Virus record (IMG/VR): IMGVR_UViG_3300028392_000072
Location: 1 to 59,175 of that record
DNA length: 59,175 nucleotides
From: a virus
Taxonomy: Duplodnaviria; Caudoviricetes
Direction: 5' to 3' (one strand)
A program made the translations under genes and the position numbers. Positions 1-10,142 of the stretch are shown one piece after another. The notes beneath the pieces are model-generated. The model was not told the DNA's origin and did not search any database. It was given only the letters and a program-made list of their open reading frames with translations. Numbering within the stretch: position 1 is the first letter of the stretch; each line of letters opens with the position of its first letter.

Positions 1-12
1 ATTTTTTTCATA

Positions 13-324
13 TTAGTAGAAAATATACTTGTTTTCTTCTTTAATACAATAGATTGAAATAGGATACAATCTTACTTCTCCTTGTGTTTCATCAATCATG
101 AATCTCATAGATCCATCAATGATTTCTGGATTGTGTAACTTTACAGTCACACTATTCATGTCTTTGAAGATTGTGTAATGAATATCATCAGATTCATTAA
201 TTTTAATGAAGTGGTTTTTGCCAAGGATTTTTCCACCCATTCCTTCAGTAAAATAAGCTTTCTCAATAATGTTTTTTAGTTCTTCTGTGTTAGAGAAATC
301 TACTTTAATTTCATTTTTTACCAT
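13..324 (-). CDS. hypothetical protein
   Basis: 103-aa ORF, no recognised motif. Confidence 0.6.
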   Translation of the reverse strand: MVKNEIKVDFSNTEELKNIIEKAYFTEGMGGKILGKNHFIKINESDDIHYTIFKDMNSVTVKLHNPEIIDGSMRFMIDETQGEVRLYPISIYCIKEENKYIFY

Positions 325-410
325 TTTGTTTGTTTTTTTAGTTTGACATTAATTTACTTATGTTTTATATTTTTAAAAAAGAAAGTTTATATTATTTATA
401 TATAATGTAT

Positions 411-500
411 GAACCGGAGGAGACAGCGATCTCCCAACTTAGGGCCGGTTATAGTTTAGGCTATAAGAGAACACCGAACTCGCTCCTCGGTGTTTTCGCT
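411..500 (+). ncRNA. small structured RNA (unclassified)
   Basis: GC-rich island right after a TTATATATA motif; stems AACCGG/CCGGTT, GGAGA/TCTCC, TATAG/CTATA, GAGAACACCGA/TCGGTGTTTTC; loop AGCGA complementary to loop TCGCT. Confidence 0.55.
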
Positions 501-501
501 T

Positions 502-966
502 TTAAATAAGTTGATTTAATAAAATATTTCTTAATTCTGATTTATCTAATTCCATTTCAGAAAATATTGATAAACTGAATTTAGCAGTAACATCACCATT
601 TCTGAATTTAGAAGTAATTGTTAATCCATCTAAATATGTTTCTAATTCCCAAAATTCATTCTGAACAACTTGAGAATGTGTATTCCAATTATCTTTATTT
701 CTTGATAATTCTCCTTTTTGAAGTAATAATTTAAATCTAAATATATCCTGTAATGTATTATTATCATTATCCAATTTAATATCTAATAAAATCTTATCAT
801 AGATATATTTGGGAAAGGTTAGTTTAATACTTATTGGTTCCATACTATACCAAGTATTTTTACCTTTCATTTCGGATTTAAATTTACAAGGATATCCTAT
901 ACCATCATAATATAATTTCATAGATACAAATATAATGAAAAAATATGAATTAAATATTTTTTTCAA
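502..966 (-). CDS. hypothetical protein with C-terminal RxxxLxxL tail
   Basis: ORF ends KSELRNILLNQLI; true start may be the internal Met. Confidence 0.55.
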   Translation of the reverse strand: MKKIFNSYFFIIFVSMKLYYDGIGYPCKFKSEMKGKNTWYSMEPISIKLTFPKYIYDKILLDIKLDNDNNTLQDIFRFKLLLQKGELSRNKDNWNTHSQVVQNEFWELETYLDGLTITSKFRNGDVTAKFSLSIFSEMELDKSELRNILLNQLI

Positions 967-2698
967 ACTTTAATTGACCACAATCAAATATCTTATATGA
1001 TCCAAATTCATCTTCCATTATTTTAGATTCGGATAGTGATTTGTCATATCCAATTTTAACTAAATTAGACTTCTTATATCTTTGTTTATTAACTCGTCTT
1101 TTATCAATAAAGTATGAGTAGTTTGGATAACTGGTTGATGATAACTCAAATCCTAATTTAAAATAAAGACTACCATTTGACCAAGACCTATCGGCAAAAG
1201 ATATAATTCTTGTAGGAGTTTTTAGTTTAATAAAGTGGTTTAATAGCTTAGAAGCACCACCAATAACATTAACATTTAACTTGTTACAAAATCTGGATAA
1301 ATTCCACTCATCATCTTGCATTTTCTTACGACCTTCAAAATGATCAAATGTCATTAAACTAACTAATTCATTTTTATAAAAGAGTCCTATTTTTAATGAA
1401 GATGAAACATAACCCTGGATATGACTATCATTCAAAAATGTCTTTATCAGACTAACATCTTTAATTTCTTCAATTTTACATTTTCTAGCAAATATCTTAT
1501 TATCGGAAATTCCTATCCAGTTTCGTATTTGACTTTTTATTATATCACATTTAAATGACCAATCATCTTCCCAAATATTTATAATTCTTATACCTCTTTT
1601 TTTAAAATGATTTAACTTATCTAAATGATAGTTTTTTTGCTTAAATAATTCAGAGTGCCAATAAAGACCATTAAATTCAAATCCAATATTTAATTCGGGA
1701 AGATAGATATCAATTTCTAATCCATCTCTATAAGATCTAATAATCTCACCATTGTATATAGACCTTATAAATTCAAATATTTCAGTCTCTTTAAAAGATT
1801 GGGTATCTTCCACTTTATAACAAACGGTACATTGTTTATTGTTTATACCTTTTCTAGCATGATATAAATGTGAGTTTGTAACATAACTATGTTCTTTACC
1901 ACAATCACAATTCATTTCATATTTACCAAATCCAAGATACTTTATATAATTAATATCACTATTTAAATTTGTTTTTATATCACAGTTGTGATATTTATCA
2001 AACATTGTTTTTTTATATTCATCCGTTTTTGTGTAATTATCAACTCCCCATTTATATAGAGCTGTCTCTTTACATTTATTTATTATATCTTCAGATTTCA
2101 TTGGGTGATCAAAACCATATTTTATTAAATTTGAATTTTTAATTTTATCTTTTATTTCTTCAGATTGAAAAGGATTTTGGACACCATAGTTTTTTAATGT
2201 GGTTTTTATCTTTCTATCTTTTATTATATCTAATTTTGATATATTATCAACACCATACTTATCCATAAAAGTCTTTTTTGACTTTATATCTATTTCATTA
2301 TAATCTAAATTTAATTTAGATAGAGATATTTTATTTTTAACAGAATCTAATTCTGATGTATTTTCAACACCATACTTATTTAGGTTATTTTTCTTATAAT
2401 TTATTAATTTTTTTTCTATAAGATTTATATCTGAATTTGAACAGTATTTTGAACAATATTGTCTATATCCTCTTGACATAGATAAAAACTTTGTTTTGTT
2501 TTTACAAACCAAACACTCAACACTTGTATTATCCAGTAGGTATATTTTCTCAGATATACTTTCACCATCTTTATCTAAAATAAAATTATAAAGATTAGGC
2601 AAGTTAGATATAACCCAAGAATCCTTGACTGAGTTAACCTTCACTTTGGATAGGTAAGTATTATATTCTTTTTCAATTTCAAATGAACCGTTAAACAT
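950..2698 (-). CDS. putative homing endonuclease (Zn finger, KYGV repeats, PD-(D/E)XK domain, C-terminal Hef/GNAT-like domain)
   Basis: CLVC/YCSKYC; repeated KYGVEN/KYGVDN; EIDIY-EFNGLYWH-IWED motif; start moved to MFNGSF. Confidence 0.7.
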   Translation of the reverse strand: MFNGSFEIEKEYNTYLSKVKVNSVKDSWVISNLPNLYNFILDKDGESISEKIYLLDNTSVECLVCKNKTKFLSMSRGYRQYCSKYCSNSDINLIEKKLINYKKNNLNKYGVENTSELDSVKNKISLSKLNLDYNEIDIKSKKTFMDKYGVDNISKLDIIKDRKIKTTLKNYGVQNPFQSEEIKDKIKNSNLIKYGFDHPMKSEDIINKCKETALYKWGVDNYTKTDEYKKTMFDKYHNCDIKTNLNSDINYIKYLGFGKYEMNCDCGKEHSYVTNSHLYHARKGINNKQCTVCYKVEDTQSFKETEIFEFIRSIYNGEIIRSYRDGLEIDIYLPELNIGFEFNGLYWHSELFKQKNYHLDKLNHFKKRGIRIINIWEDDWSFKCDIIKSQIRNWIGISDNKIFARKCKIEEIKDVSLIKTFLNDSHIQGYVSSSLKIGLFYKNELVSLMTFDHFEGRKKMQDDEWNLSRFCNKLNVNVIGGASKLLNHFIKLKTPTRIISFADRSWSNGSLYFKLGFELSSTSYPNYSYFIDKRRVNKQRYKKSNLVKIGYDKSLSESKIMEDEFGSYKIFDCGQLKFEKNI

Positions 2699-2806
2699 AA
2701 TGTATATATAAACTTTACCATCTCTCCTATCAAAAAACACCACAATAAAAACTATAATATATAATATATAAAATAAAACTTTTTACTAAAAAAAAATATA
2801 TTAGAT

Positions 2807-3766
2807 ATGAAAGAACACATATTAGAAGAAAATAAAGATAGATTTGTAATGTTTCCCTTAAAATATCATGATATTTGGGATATGTACAAAAATCAGCAAC
2901 ATTCATTTTGGACAGCTGAAGAGATTGATTTAGCTCAAGACTTAACAGATTGGAATGAAAAATTAAATGATAATGAAAAACACTTCATTAAAATGATACT
3001 GGCGTTCTTCGCAGCTAGTGACGGAATTGTTAATGAGAATCTGGCTGAAAACTTTTTGAAAGAAGTTCAATATCCAGAAGCAAAATCATTTTATGGTTTC
3101 CAAATTATGATGGAGAACATTCACTCTGAAACTTATTCATTATTAATTGATACATATATCAAGGATTCAGATGAAAAAGATAGATTGTTTCATGCTATTG
3201 ATAATTATGAATCTATTAAGAAGAAAGCTGATTGGGCCCTTAAATGGATTGAATCAGAATCATTTGCTGAAAGATTAATTGCTTTTGCAGCAGTTGAGGG
3301 TATCTTTTTCTCAGGATCATTTTGTTCAATCTTTTGGTTGAAGAAAAGAGGTTTAATGCCAGGGTTAGCTTTCTCTAATGAATTGATTTCAAGAGATGAA
3401 GGTTTACATTGTCAGTTTGCTTGTTTATTACACAACAAACATATTCAAAACAAAGTAACACCTGAAAGAATTAAAGAAATTATTTGTTCAGCGGTTGATA
3501 TTGAAAGAGTATTTATTACAGAATCTCTTCCAGTTTCATTAATTGGAATGAATGACAAATTGATGCAACAATACATTGAATATGTTGCTGACTTTTGGTT
3601 AGTTGAATTAGGATGTCAGAAAGTTTATAATTCTGAAAACCCGTTTGACTTTATGGAGATGTTATCTTTACAAAATAAAAGTAATTTCTTTGAGAAGCGT
3701 GTTGCTGAATATCAAAAAACTTCTGATAAAGAAATTGATTTTGATAAATTAGATGAAGATTTCTAA
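2807..3766 (+). CDS. nrdB: ribonucleotide reductase class Ia beta subunit
   Basis: [52 protein letters not shown] motifs. Confidence 0.97.
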   Translation: MKEHILEENKDRFVMFPLKYHDIWDMYKNQQHSFWTAEEIDLAQDLTDWNEKLNDNEKHFIKMILAFFAASDGIVNENLAENFLKEVQYPEAKSFYGFQIMMENIHSETYSLLIDTYIKDSDEKDRLFHAIDNYESIKKKADWALKWIESESFAERLIAFAAVEGIFFSGSFCSIFWLKKRGLMPGLAFSNELISRDEGLHCQFACLLHNKHIQNKVTPERIKEIICSAVDIERVFITESLPVSLIGMNDKLMQQYIEYVADFWLVELGCQKVYNSENPFDFMEMLSLQNKSNFFEKRVAEYQKTSDKEIDFDKLDEDF

Positions 3767-3787
3767 TAGATAATTATTGTTTTTGTT

Positions 3788-3815
3788 AAACCCCAGTCAA
3801 AAAACTGGGGTTTTT
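3788..3815 (+). terminator. intrinsic terminator after nrdB
   Basis: AAACCCCAG-loop-CTGGGGTTTTT. Confidence 0.8.
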
Positions 3816-3819
3816 ATTT

Positions 3820-3828
3820 TAATATATA
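3820..3828 (+). promoter_or_regulatory. putative phage late promoter TAATATATA (representative copy)
   Basis: motif recurs just upstream of many ATGs (~7764, ~10130, ~40968, ~53273 on +; ~50420, ~49030, ~53245 on -). Confidence 0.6.
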
Positions 3829-3850
3829 CTTTTATAAAATAATATCAACT

Positions 3851-4630
3851 ATGAAACATATTAAGAAACATCCAATAAATGATAAAGCTCAAAAGCTTTC
3901 TAAGGATATGAAGAAACAGGAATTGGTTAAACCAAAGACTGATAAGAAATTAGATGCTGATAAATCATTAAGTGATCCAGATGTTTCAATGAGAGTTTCT
4001 AAACCTTCTAATAAGAAATTAGATGGTGAAAAGTTTTTATCAGAAGGACTTAAACATTTAAAAAGATTTAATGAGATGTTAGATGATAAAAATAAAATTC
4101 ATATACCAATAGAATATAGTGGTGTGATAATGGAACTTGGAGAAGAGGTTGATCCAAATGATATTATCTCATTATATAATGAAATAGTTGAAGAAGGAAC
4201 TCCATTAGTTAGTTACTCTGAGTATGGAACTGAAGGAAAGTTTTATAATGAAGACGATGATGAGATACCTACAGATGTTATTCTCGATGAGTTGAATTAT
4301 GCTATTGGATTAGATGGTGAAAAGTTTTTGTTAGACCCAGAAGATGATTATAAATCACTATGGATTAATTTAGCTGAAGAACTTTGGGTTAAATTTGAAA
4401 AATGGTTATCTGAAAAAGACTTTGAATTATATGATGGTGGAGAGGATCTTCATAGAAAATTCATTGAGGTTGCTTCAAATGATGAGATATCATATGAGGA
4501 AAAATCAACAGAAATTGTTGGTTACTTAGAAGACAAGTGGGGATTATATGATGGTTACGAACAAACAAGGAACTATTTAGATTTCTTATTTTTAGAAGAA
4601 AATAATTTGGAGAATAATGAAAATAGTTAG
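3851..4630 (+). CDS. acidic protein with MKHIKK start and internal LKHLKRFNE tag
   Basis: shared tag; LDGEKFL occurs twice. Confidence 0.7.
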   Translation: MKHIKKHPINDKAQKLSKDMKKQELVKPKTDKKLDADKSLSDPDVSMRVSKPSNKKLDGEKFLSEGLKHLKRFNEMLDDKNKIHIPIEYSGVIMELGEEVDPNDIISLYNEIVEEGTPLVSYSEYGTEGKFYNEDDDEIPTDVILDELNYAIGLDGEKFLLDPEDDYKSLWINLAEELWVKFEKWLSEKDFELYDGGEDLHRKFIEVASNDEISYEEKSTEIVGYLEDKWGLYDGYEQTRNYLDFLFLEENNLENNENS

Positions 4631-5411
4631 AGCAAGATCTAAATACGGTGCTGAAAAAGAATATGTTTCTAATAAGACTGGAATTAGAAGAGTTATTAGA
4701 CAAAATAAGGCAACTGAATCATCTGAACAAGTTGATATACAATTTGTAATAAAAGATGGTGGTGTTTCTCGTGTTTGGGAATTTGGACCAGAAAATATTG
4801 AAACTGGAGATTTTAATAAGTTAGTTGATTTAGGAATTCTACCAATTGAAAATGGTGTAGGATTTGTTATATTTAATGAAGATGGTTCAATAGAATTTTC
4901 AGATTTTGAACCGACTAATGAGGCTCTACCTCGCAAACAATCGGTGGACCAACTTAAAAGAGTTATGAAGATGTCAGCTAAAACTGATATTGGTAATAGA
5001 ATCTCTGATATGAATAAACAAGGTGCTAATATTCAATACATACAAAATCCTATTAATTCTGGTATAGAATCATATGAGGACTTTGAGAAACATAATAAAA
5101 AGTTTATTCCTTCATGGAATTTAAAACATTTAATGAGTCCATTTTCAGGAGAATCAAAAAAGAAGAAACACTTAAATGAAGGATTATTCGGAAGCGATTT
5201 ATCTTTATTAGAAGTAATGTCTGCTTGGATGGCATATAATGGTTATAAAAAATATGGATTTGAGGGTATGCTTAAAAATCTTGGTAATAACATAAAAGAT
5301 TTAATGGCTAATTTCATTGAATATTCAACAACTATTTATGGCACACCTGTGAGTAAAGAGATAACTGAATATGAATTCAAAAGATTATTAGATAAGTTTA
5401 AAAATAAATAG
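4617..5411 (+). CDS. hypothetical protein
   Basis: 264-aa ORF in operon; internal KKHLNE. Confidence 0.7.
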   Translation: MKIVRARSKYGAEKEYVSNKTGIRRVIRQNKATESSEQVDIQFVIKDGGVSRVWEFGPENIETGDFNKLVDLGILPIENGVGFVIFNEDGSIEFSDFEPTNEALPRKQSVDQLKRVMKMSAKTDIGNRISDMNKQGANIQYIQNPINSGIESYEDFEKHNKKFIPSWNLKHLMSPFSGESKKKKHLNEGLFGSDLSLLEVMSAWMAYNGYKKYGFEGMLKNLGNNIKDLMANFIEYSTTIYGTPVSKEITEYEFKRLLDKFKNK

Positions 5412-5417
5412 ATAAAT

Positions 5418-5681
5418 ATGAAACACTTAAGGAAATATAATGAGTCAGAAGAAGAGTCTCAATATGGTCTAATGAAATCAAAAGAGATTAAAGATAATAT
5501 GGCAATGCAAGATAAAATAGTATCATCATATCAGGCTTTTTTATTTGGGTGTTTTTTATCAAACCCAAATGACTTCAAAATAGATGACAAAGGTAATCTC
5601 GTAGACGAAGGAGGTATCTTCACATCCGACTTTAATAAATGGTGGGAAGAAGGCGGAAAAGTTCCAAAACAATTTCAATAA
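5418..5681 (+). CDS. N-tagged small protein (MKHLRKYNES)
   Basis: shared N-terminal tag. Confidence 0.75.
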   Translation: MKHLRKYNESEEESQYGLMKSKEIKDNMAMQDKIVSSYQAFLFGCFLSNPNDFKIDDKGNLVDEGGIFTSDFNKWWEEGGKVPKQFQ

Positions 5682-5700
5682 AAATAAATAAAAAATAAAT

Positions 5701-5907
5701 ATGAAACATTTAAAGAAATTTAATGAGAACTTAGAATCATCTGATCAATCAAAAATCATGGCAGAAATTGAAGATATGTCTTCAGAATGGGCTTGGGTAT
5801 ATAGACAAGAAGGTGAATCAGATGAAAAATTCAACATAGCTAAAGAAAGTTTTATTGAAGGCGCTAAGGCTGTTTTTGATTTATTAAAAGATGAATCAGA
5901 ATTATAA
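5701..5907 (+). CDS. N-tagged small protein (MKHLKKFNE)
   Basis: shared N-terminal tag. Confidence 0.75.
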   Translation: MKHLKKFNENLESSDQSKIMAEIEDMSSEWAWVYRQEGESDEKFNIAKESFIEGAKAVFDLLKDESEL

Positions 5908-5918
5908 AATAAATAACT

Positions 5919-6701
5919 ATGAAACTAATTAAATCATATAAACTTTTTTTAGAAAAATTAATAACTGATCCTAATAGATTACTAGCTCCTCAAATGGATC
6001 TTTATCACGAATCTATTGAATTATTTCATGTTGGTGAACATATTTGGGCAGTTAAAGTGGAAGACTCTCATTCAAGAGCTATGTTATTTTTAAGACCACA
6101 AGAATTTTATGAAAGTGCGTTTGAAGAAATAATCAGTAAACAATTCAAATTTTCAAGATTTCAAGAACTTTACAAACAACATTACGGTAAACAAGAATTT
6201 ACTTATGGTTCTGATTGGTCTGGATTTAATATACCATCTACTATTTTAGAAGAATGTATGTTTAATATACCAGAAGATGAAATTAATACTTATGATAAAA
6301 TAATGTTATCTATTATTAAAACTATAAAAGAAGTTGAAGGTGATAGTAAGTATTATTTATTAGGAGTTGATGAGTTATCAAATAGATTACTTGAACACGA
6401 ATTTGCTCATGCTATGTGGTTTACTTTATCTGATTATAAAGAAGCTATGTCTAAGTTAAATACTGAATGTGATGGAGTTGTTAAAGATTCAATGTATAAA
6501 TGTATAACTGATTATGGTTATGCTGACCACGTTTTACCTGATGAATTACAAGCTTATATGGCGACCGGACTTGCTTCTAAAATGGAAGATATGAATATTC
6601 CTAATATAGAAGAATGGCAACAAAAATACAGAGAAGTATTTGATCAACATTATAATAAGAGTTTATATTCTGATCCGAAAAAGGTGGATGTTAGTTTTTA
6701 A
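5919..6701 (+). CDS. N-tagged zincin-like metalloprotein
   Basis: MKLIKSYKLFLE tag; HEFAH (HExxH) and downstream DELQAY. Confidence 0.6.
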   Translation: MKLIKSYKLFLEKLITDPNRLLAPQMDLYHESIELFHVGEHIWAVKVEDSHSRAMLFLRPQEFYESAFEEIISKQFKFSRFQELYKQHYGKQEFTYGSDWSGFNIPSTILEECMFNIPEDEINTYDKIMLSIIKTIKEVEGDSKYYLLGVDELSNRLLEHEFAHAMWFTLSDYKEAMSKLNTECDGVVKDSMYKCITDYGYADHVLPDELQAYMATGLASKMEDMNIPNIEEWQQKYREVFDQHYNKSLYSDPKKVDVSF

Positions 6702-6723
6702 TACAATTAAAAAAATATAATTT

Positions 6724-7503
6724 ATGAAAAAACAAGAAATAATATACAATGTTAATTTAACAAATGAGGTTTACTCTAAAGTAGATGAGATAAACTGGAT
6801 AAAATTAGGAATAAAAAGAGTAACTTGGATTAATAATAGTAAAACAGATACTCAAGGATTTACAGCACTTAGTGGTGATACTCTTTATATTGTTTGGAGA
6901 GGTAGTTCTTCACCAAAAGATTTCTTAAAAGATGCTCAAGTTAAAAAAGTAAATTTTGTAGAAACAGGTGAAAAAGTTCATAATGGTTTTTACACAGCTT
7001 TTAATTCTGTTAAAGAAGATTTATATAGTTCAATCAATTATATACTAAATACAACTAAATTTAATAAAACTAATCCAAATAGAATACAATCTGTTGTTAT
7101 TTGTGGACATAGTTTAGGGGCAGCTCTTACGGTTGTATCTTCTTATATGATTTGTAAAGATTTTCCACAGATTGCACATTTAGTTAAAAATGTGACCGTT
7201 GGTTGTCCAAGAGTTGGTAATTCAATATTCAGAGATAATTATAATAAATTAGTACCTAAGAGTATTAGAATAGTTAATGATAAAGATTTAGTTACAAGAA
7301 TACCTAAAATTGGATTCACACATATAAATGATGGAATTACACTTAATGAAAATGGAGAAGTAATTAAAACTTCATCTATCAATCCATTTAAGTATTTTAT
7401 GGAAATATTTGTATCTGATATTAGTGGTGAAGCCGCTAAAGATCATCTTGTAGATAGTTATCTACAAGTCATAAAAAAATGGGATGGTGTTATAGATAAA
7501 TAA
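6724..7503 (+). CDS. class 3 lipase (alpha/beta hydrolase)
   Basis: VWRGS, VHNGF, GHSLGAA nucleophile elbow, GCPRVGN, DLVTRIP, C-terminal His. Confidence 0.9.
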   Translation: MKKQEIIYNVNLTNEVYSKVDEINWIKLGIKRVTWINNSKTDTQGFTALSGDTLYIVWRGSSSPKDFLKDAQVKKVNFVETGEKVHNGFYTAFNSVKEDLYSSINYILNTTKFNKTNPNRIQSVVICGHSLGAALTVVSSYMICKDFPQIAHLVKNVTVGCPRVGNSIFRDNYNKLVPKSIRIVNDKDLVTRIPKIGFTHINDGITLNENGEVIKTSSINPFKYFMEIFVSDISGEAAKDHLVDSYLQVIKKWDGVIDK

Positions 7504-7531
7504 AGAAAGAGGTCTTATTGACCTCTTTCTT
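7503..7531. terminator. bidirectional terminator between convergent genes
   Basis: AAGAAAGAGGTC-loop-GACCTCTTTCTT. Confidence 0.7.
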
Positions 7532-7703
7532 ATTTTAAAACCATATACTTAACACCATCAACAATTTTGACTTTATACTTTCCAGTATCAGAAGACTTAA
7601 CTTTCTCAGTTGCTCTTTTTGTTGCTTTACTTCCTTTAACACTTTTTTCAGCTTCTCCGAACTTACTCTTAAGTGTTTCTCTCATTGAAAATCTTTCTGT
7701 CAT
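7530..7703 (-). CDS. small basic protein
   Basis: Lys-rich ORF; TATATTTG element upstream (~7752-7759); start probably MTERF. Confidence 0.55.
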   Translation of the reverse strand: MTERFSMRETLKSKFGEAEKSVKGSKATKRATEKVKSSDTGKYKVKIVDGVKYMVLK

Positions 7704-7777
7704 ATCTCTTATTTTTAATTTTATCAAAGATAAGTAATCTTTATAACTTTAACAAATATAAATTAATATATACTTTT

Positions 7778-8278
7778 ATGAAATATCTTAAAAAATTTAA
7801 TGAGAATATAGAAGAACAAATCTATAAACAAGTTCTTGATAGAATTAAGGAATGTTTCTTAGAGTTTGAAGATAATGGATGGCATTGGATAGCGGATGTG
7901 TTAGGTATAGGTATATCTATTTGGGAAAATCCAAACTTCAATTGTAGAATGATGCCTAAAGAGGAGGTTTATCAACCATCAGATAGAAGAGATTTATTAG
8001 ATTGGACTGGTGCAATAAATTCAGATGGTGAAATAACTTGGGACACTAAAGAACTAAAAGGACATAATTTAACAAAGAAAGTAGATAGTGATAATAATAC
8101 TACTTGGTCAATGTCTGAAAAAAAGGAAGAATTTAAAGAAGGTAGTAAGGAAAGAGAAGAAGCTGAAGATTTTTTAGTAGCTGTAAAAAGATTACAAAGT
8201 GAAATAGGAATAGGATTTGAATTCTCTTATAATAATAGAGGTGGTGAAAAAAGAATAATATTACAAGGTAGCATATGA
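7778..8278 (+). CDS. N-tagged hypothetical protein (MKYLKKFNE)
   Basis: start moved to tag-bearing Met just after TAATATATA. Confidence 0.75.
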   Translation: MKYLKKFNENIEEQIYKQVLDRIKECFLEFEDNGWHWIADVLGIGISIWENPNFNCRMMPKEEVYQPSDRRDLLDWTGAINSDGEITWDTKELKGHNLTKKVDSDNNTTWSMSEKKEEFKEGSKEREEAEDFLVAVKRLQSEIGIGFEFSYNNRGGEKRIILQGSI

Positions 8279-8808
8279 AACTAAAGAAATATATTGAATT
8301 TATAAAAGAATCATCTGGATATGAATACGGATGTGTAATGATTGAAGTTCCAGTAAGTAATTGGGATGAATTAACCAATTCTATTGATCCTAAAGATGTT
8401 TATACAGGTGGTGATGATTCTCACGGTATCCAAGAATATCCACATTTAACGTTGCTGTATGGACTCGAAAAAGGGGTTACAGAAGAGGAAGTTAAATCTG
8501 TAATTGATAATTTTAAGGGTGAGATAAAAATTGAAATAGATGGTATAAATCTTTTTGAAAATGAACAATTTGATGTTTTGAAATTCAATGTTGTTTCAGA
8601 TGCTGGTCTACAACAACTACATGATGAGTTATCAAAACTACCCAATACTGATAAGTTTCCTATCTATAAACCACATATAACAATTGCTTATTTAAATAGG
8701 GGAGAAGGTAAGAAGTATGTAAATCCTAATTACAAATATTCAGTTAAGAATATTAACAAGATAGTTTACTCAAGACCGAATAGTGAAAAAGTTATCTTTG
8801 ATATATGA
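8275..8808 (+). CDS. 2H phosphoesterase, Acb1/T4 gp57B-like, N-tagged
   Basis: two HxT motifs (PHLTLLY, YKPHITIAY) with Acb1-like spacing; MKLKKYIEFIKE tag. Confidence 0.75.
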   Translation: MKLKKYIEFIKESSGYEYGCVMIEVPVSNWDELTNSIDPKDVYTGGDDSHGIQEYPHLTLLYGLEKGVTEEEVKSVIDNFKGEIKIEIDGINLFENEQFDVLKFNVVSDAGLQQLHDELSKLPNTDKFPIYKPHITIAYLNRGEGKKYVNPNYKYSVKNINKIVYSRPNSEKVIFDI

Positions 8809-9251
8809 AATACTTAAAGACATATAACATATTTGAATCTACTGATGATAGAAGTAGTATTATGCAAACTATAGAAGATATTATAATTGACTTCAAAGAA
8901 AAAGGATTTAAAACATTATTAGGTCAAGACCCCGGAGTTCCTTCAATATTCAAAAGTGATGATAAAGATGATAGAAGAATCATTCTTGATGTCAATAAGA
9001 TAAATAATGACTCATTTAAGTTAAGTGAAATAGAAGATGAAATACTACACATTGTTTCTTATGTGAGATCATTAAAATGGGGAATAAGTGCAACAGTATC
9101 AATTTCATCATATGGAAATCCATCAGTATTTCATGGAGATAAAAAAGATTTTGCTTACATATCAAGTCATAAAGATGGTAATTTCTTAGATGAGAATGGC
9201 GAAATAATTGATGATGTTATAAATTTAAATATTAAGGTAATTCCAAAATGA
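8805..9251 (+). CDS. N-tagged hypothetical protein (MKYLKTYNIFES)
   Basis: shared tag; ATGA overlap. Confidence 0.75.
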   Translation: MKYLKTYNIFESTDDRSSIMQTIEDIIIDFKEKGFKTLLGQDPGVPSIFKSDDKDDRRIILDVNKINNDSFKLSEIEDEILHIVSYVRSLKWGISATVSISSYGNPSVFHGDKKDFAYISSHKDGNFLDENGEIIDDVINLNIKVIPK

Positions 9252-10132
9252 AACACTTAGAGAAATATAATTCCTTTTTGGAAAAGTCATCTACTCAATA
9301 TGGTATTTATGATTGGTTTGAAGATCTAAAAAGATATAAATGGAACCAAAATCAAAAATCAATGGTAAGTGAATCATCATTGAAAAAATGGTCAGATCAG
9401 TTTATTGGTGAAGGTTACTGGGAAAAGATTAAAGATTTAGTTGATAGAATGTTTGTTGCTATGTCTAAAGTAGACACTGATTATATTAATGATAGAATGT
9501 ATGATGTTTATGATGAGATACCATCTAGTAAGGAAAAATGGACAATGTGTTGTGTTGCTTATGGAGATTATGAAAATCATGATAAACCAAATAATAGAAA
9601 GTATAATGGGCTCCTATCTGTTCAGAAGCCAAAAGAAGATAATAAATTAAATATTATTATTTCAATATTAAAAGATATTATTTCACCAACTTTAAATATT
9701 GGTGGTTATCCAAGTGTTTTTCTTAGAAGAGATGATGATCAGTATTATGTAACTGATAAGAAATGGAATTGTGCTAACTTTGATATTGATAATTATGGAT
9801 TTAGATCAGGAGATTCTTTTGAAACATCTGAGGGTAAAAATTCAGTTATTCACAATTCAGATATTGATAAAAAGAAAAAGTATTCAGTAGATAAGATATT
9901 AGATATGTATAAGCCTTGTGTTACTATCAACATTGGTGGATATAGTGATTCACACTTAACTGGTAAAATGAATCTTAAAAAGTTAGAATCAGATATAGAT
10001 GAAATTTTACCATCTATTTTACCTACCTTAGATTATGAAGAAGTTATATTTGATTCTTCAAGATTTGACAGAATGTATGATGATGATACTGATATTAATG
10101 ATTATACAATTAAAATCTTACTTAACTTTTAA
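9248..10132 (+). CDS. N-tagged hypothetical protein (MKHLEKYNSFLE)
   Basis: shared tag. Confidence 0.75.
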   Translation: MKHLEKYNSFLEKSSTQYGIYDWFEDLKRYKWNQNQKSMVSESSLKKWSDQFIGEGYWEKIKDLVDRMFVAMSKVDTDYINDRMYDVYDEIPSSKEKWTMCCVAYGDYENHDKPNNRKYNGLLSVQKPKEDNKLNIIISILKDIISPTLNIGGYPSVFLRRDDDQYYVTDKKWNCANFDIDNYGFRSGDSFETSEGKNSVIHNSDIDKKKKYSVDKILDMYKPCVTINIGGYSDSHLTGKMNLKKLESDIDEILPSILPTLDYEEVIFDSSRFDRMYDDDTDINDYTIKILLNF

Positions 10133-10142
10133 TATATAGATA

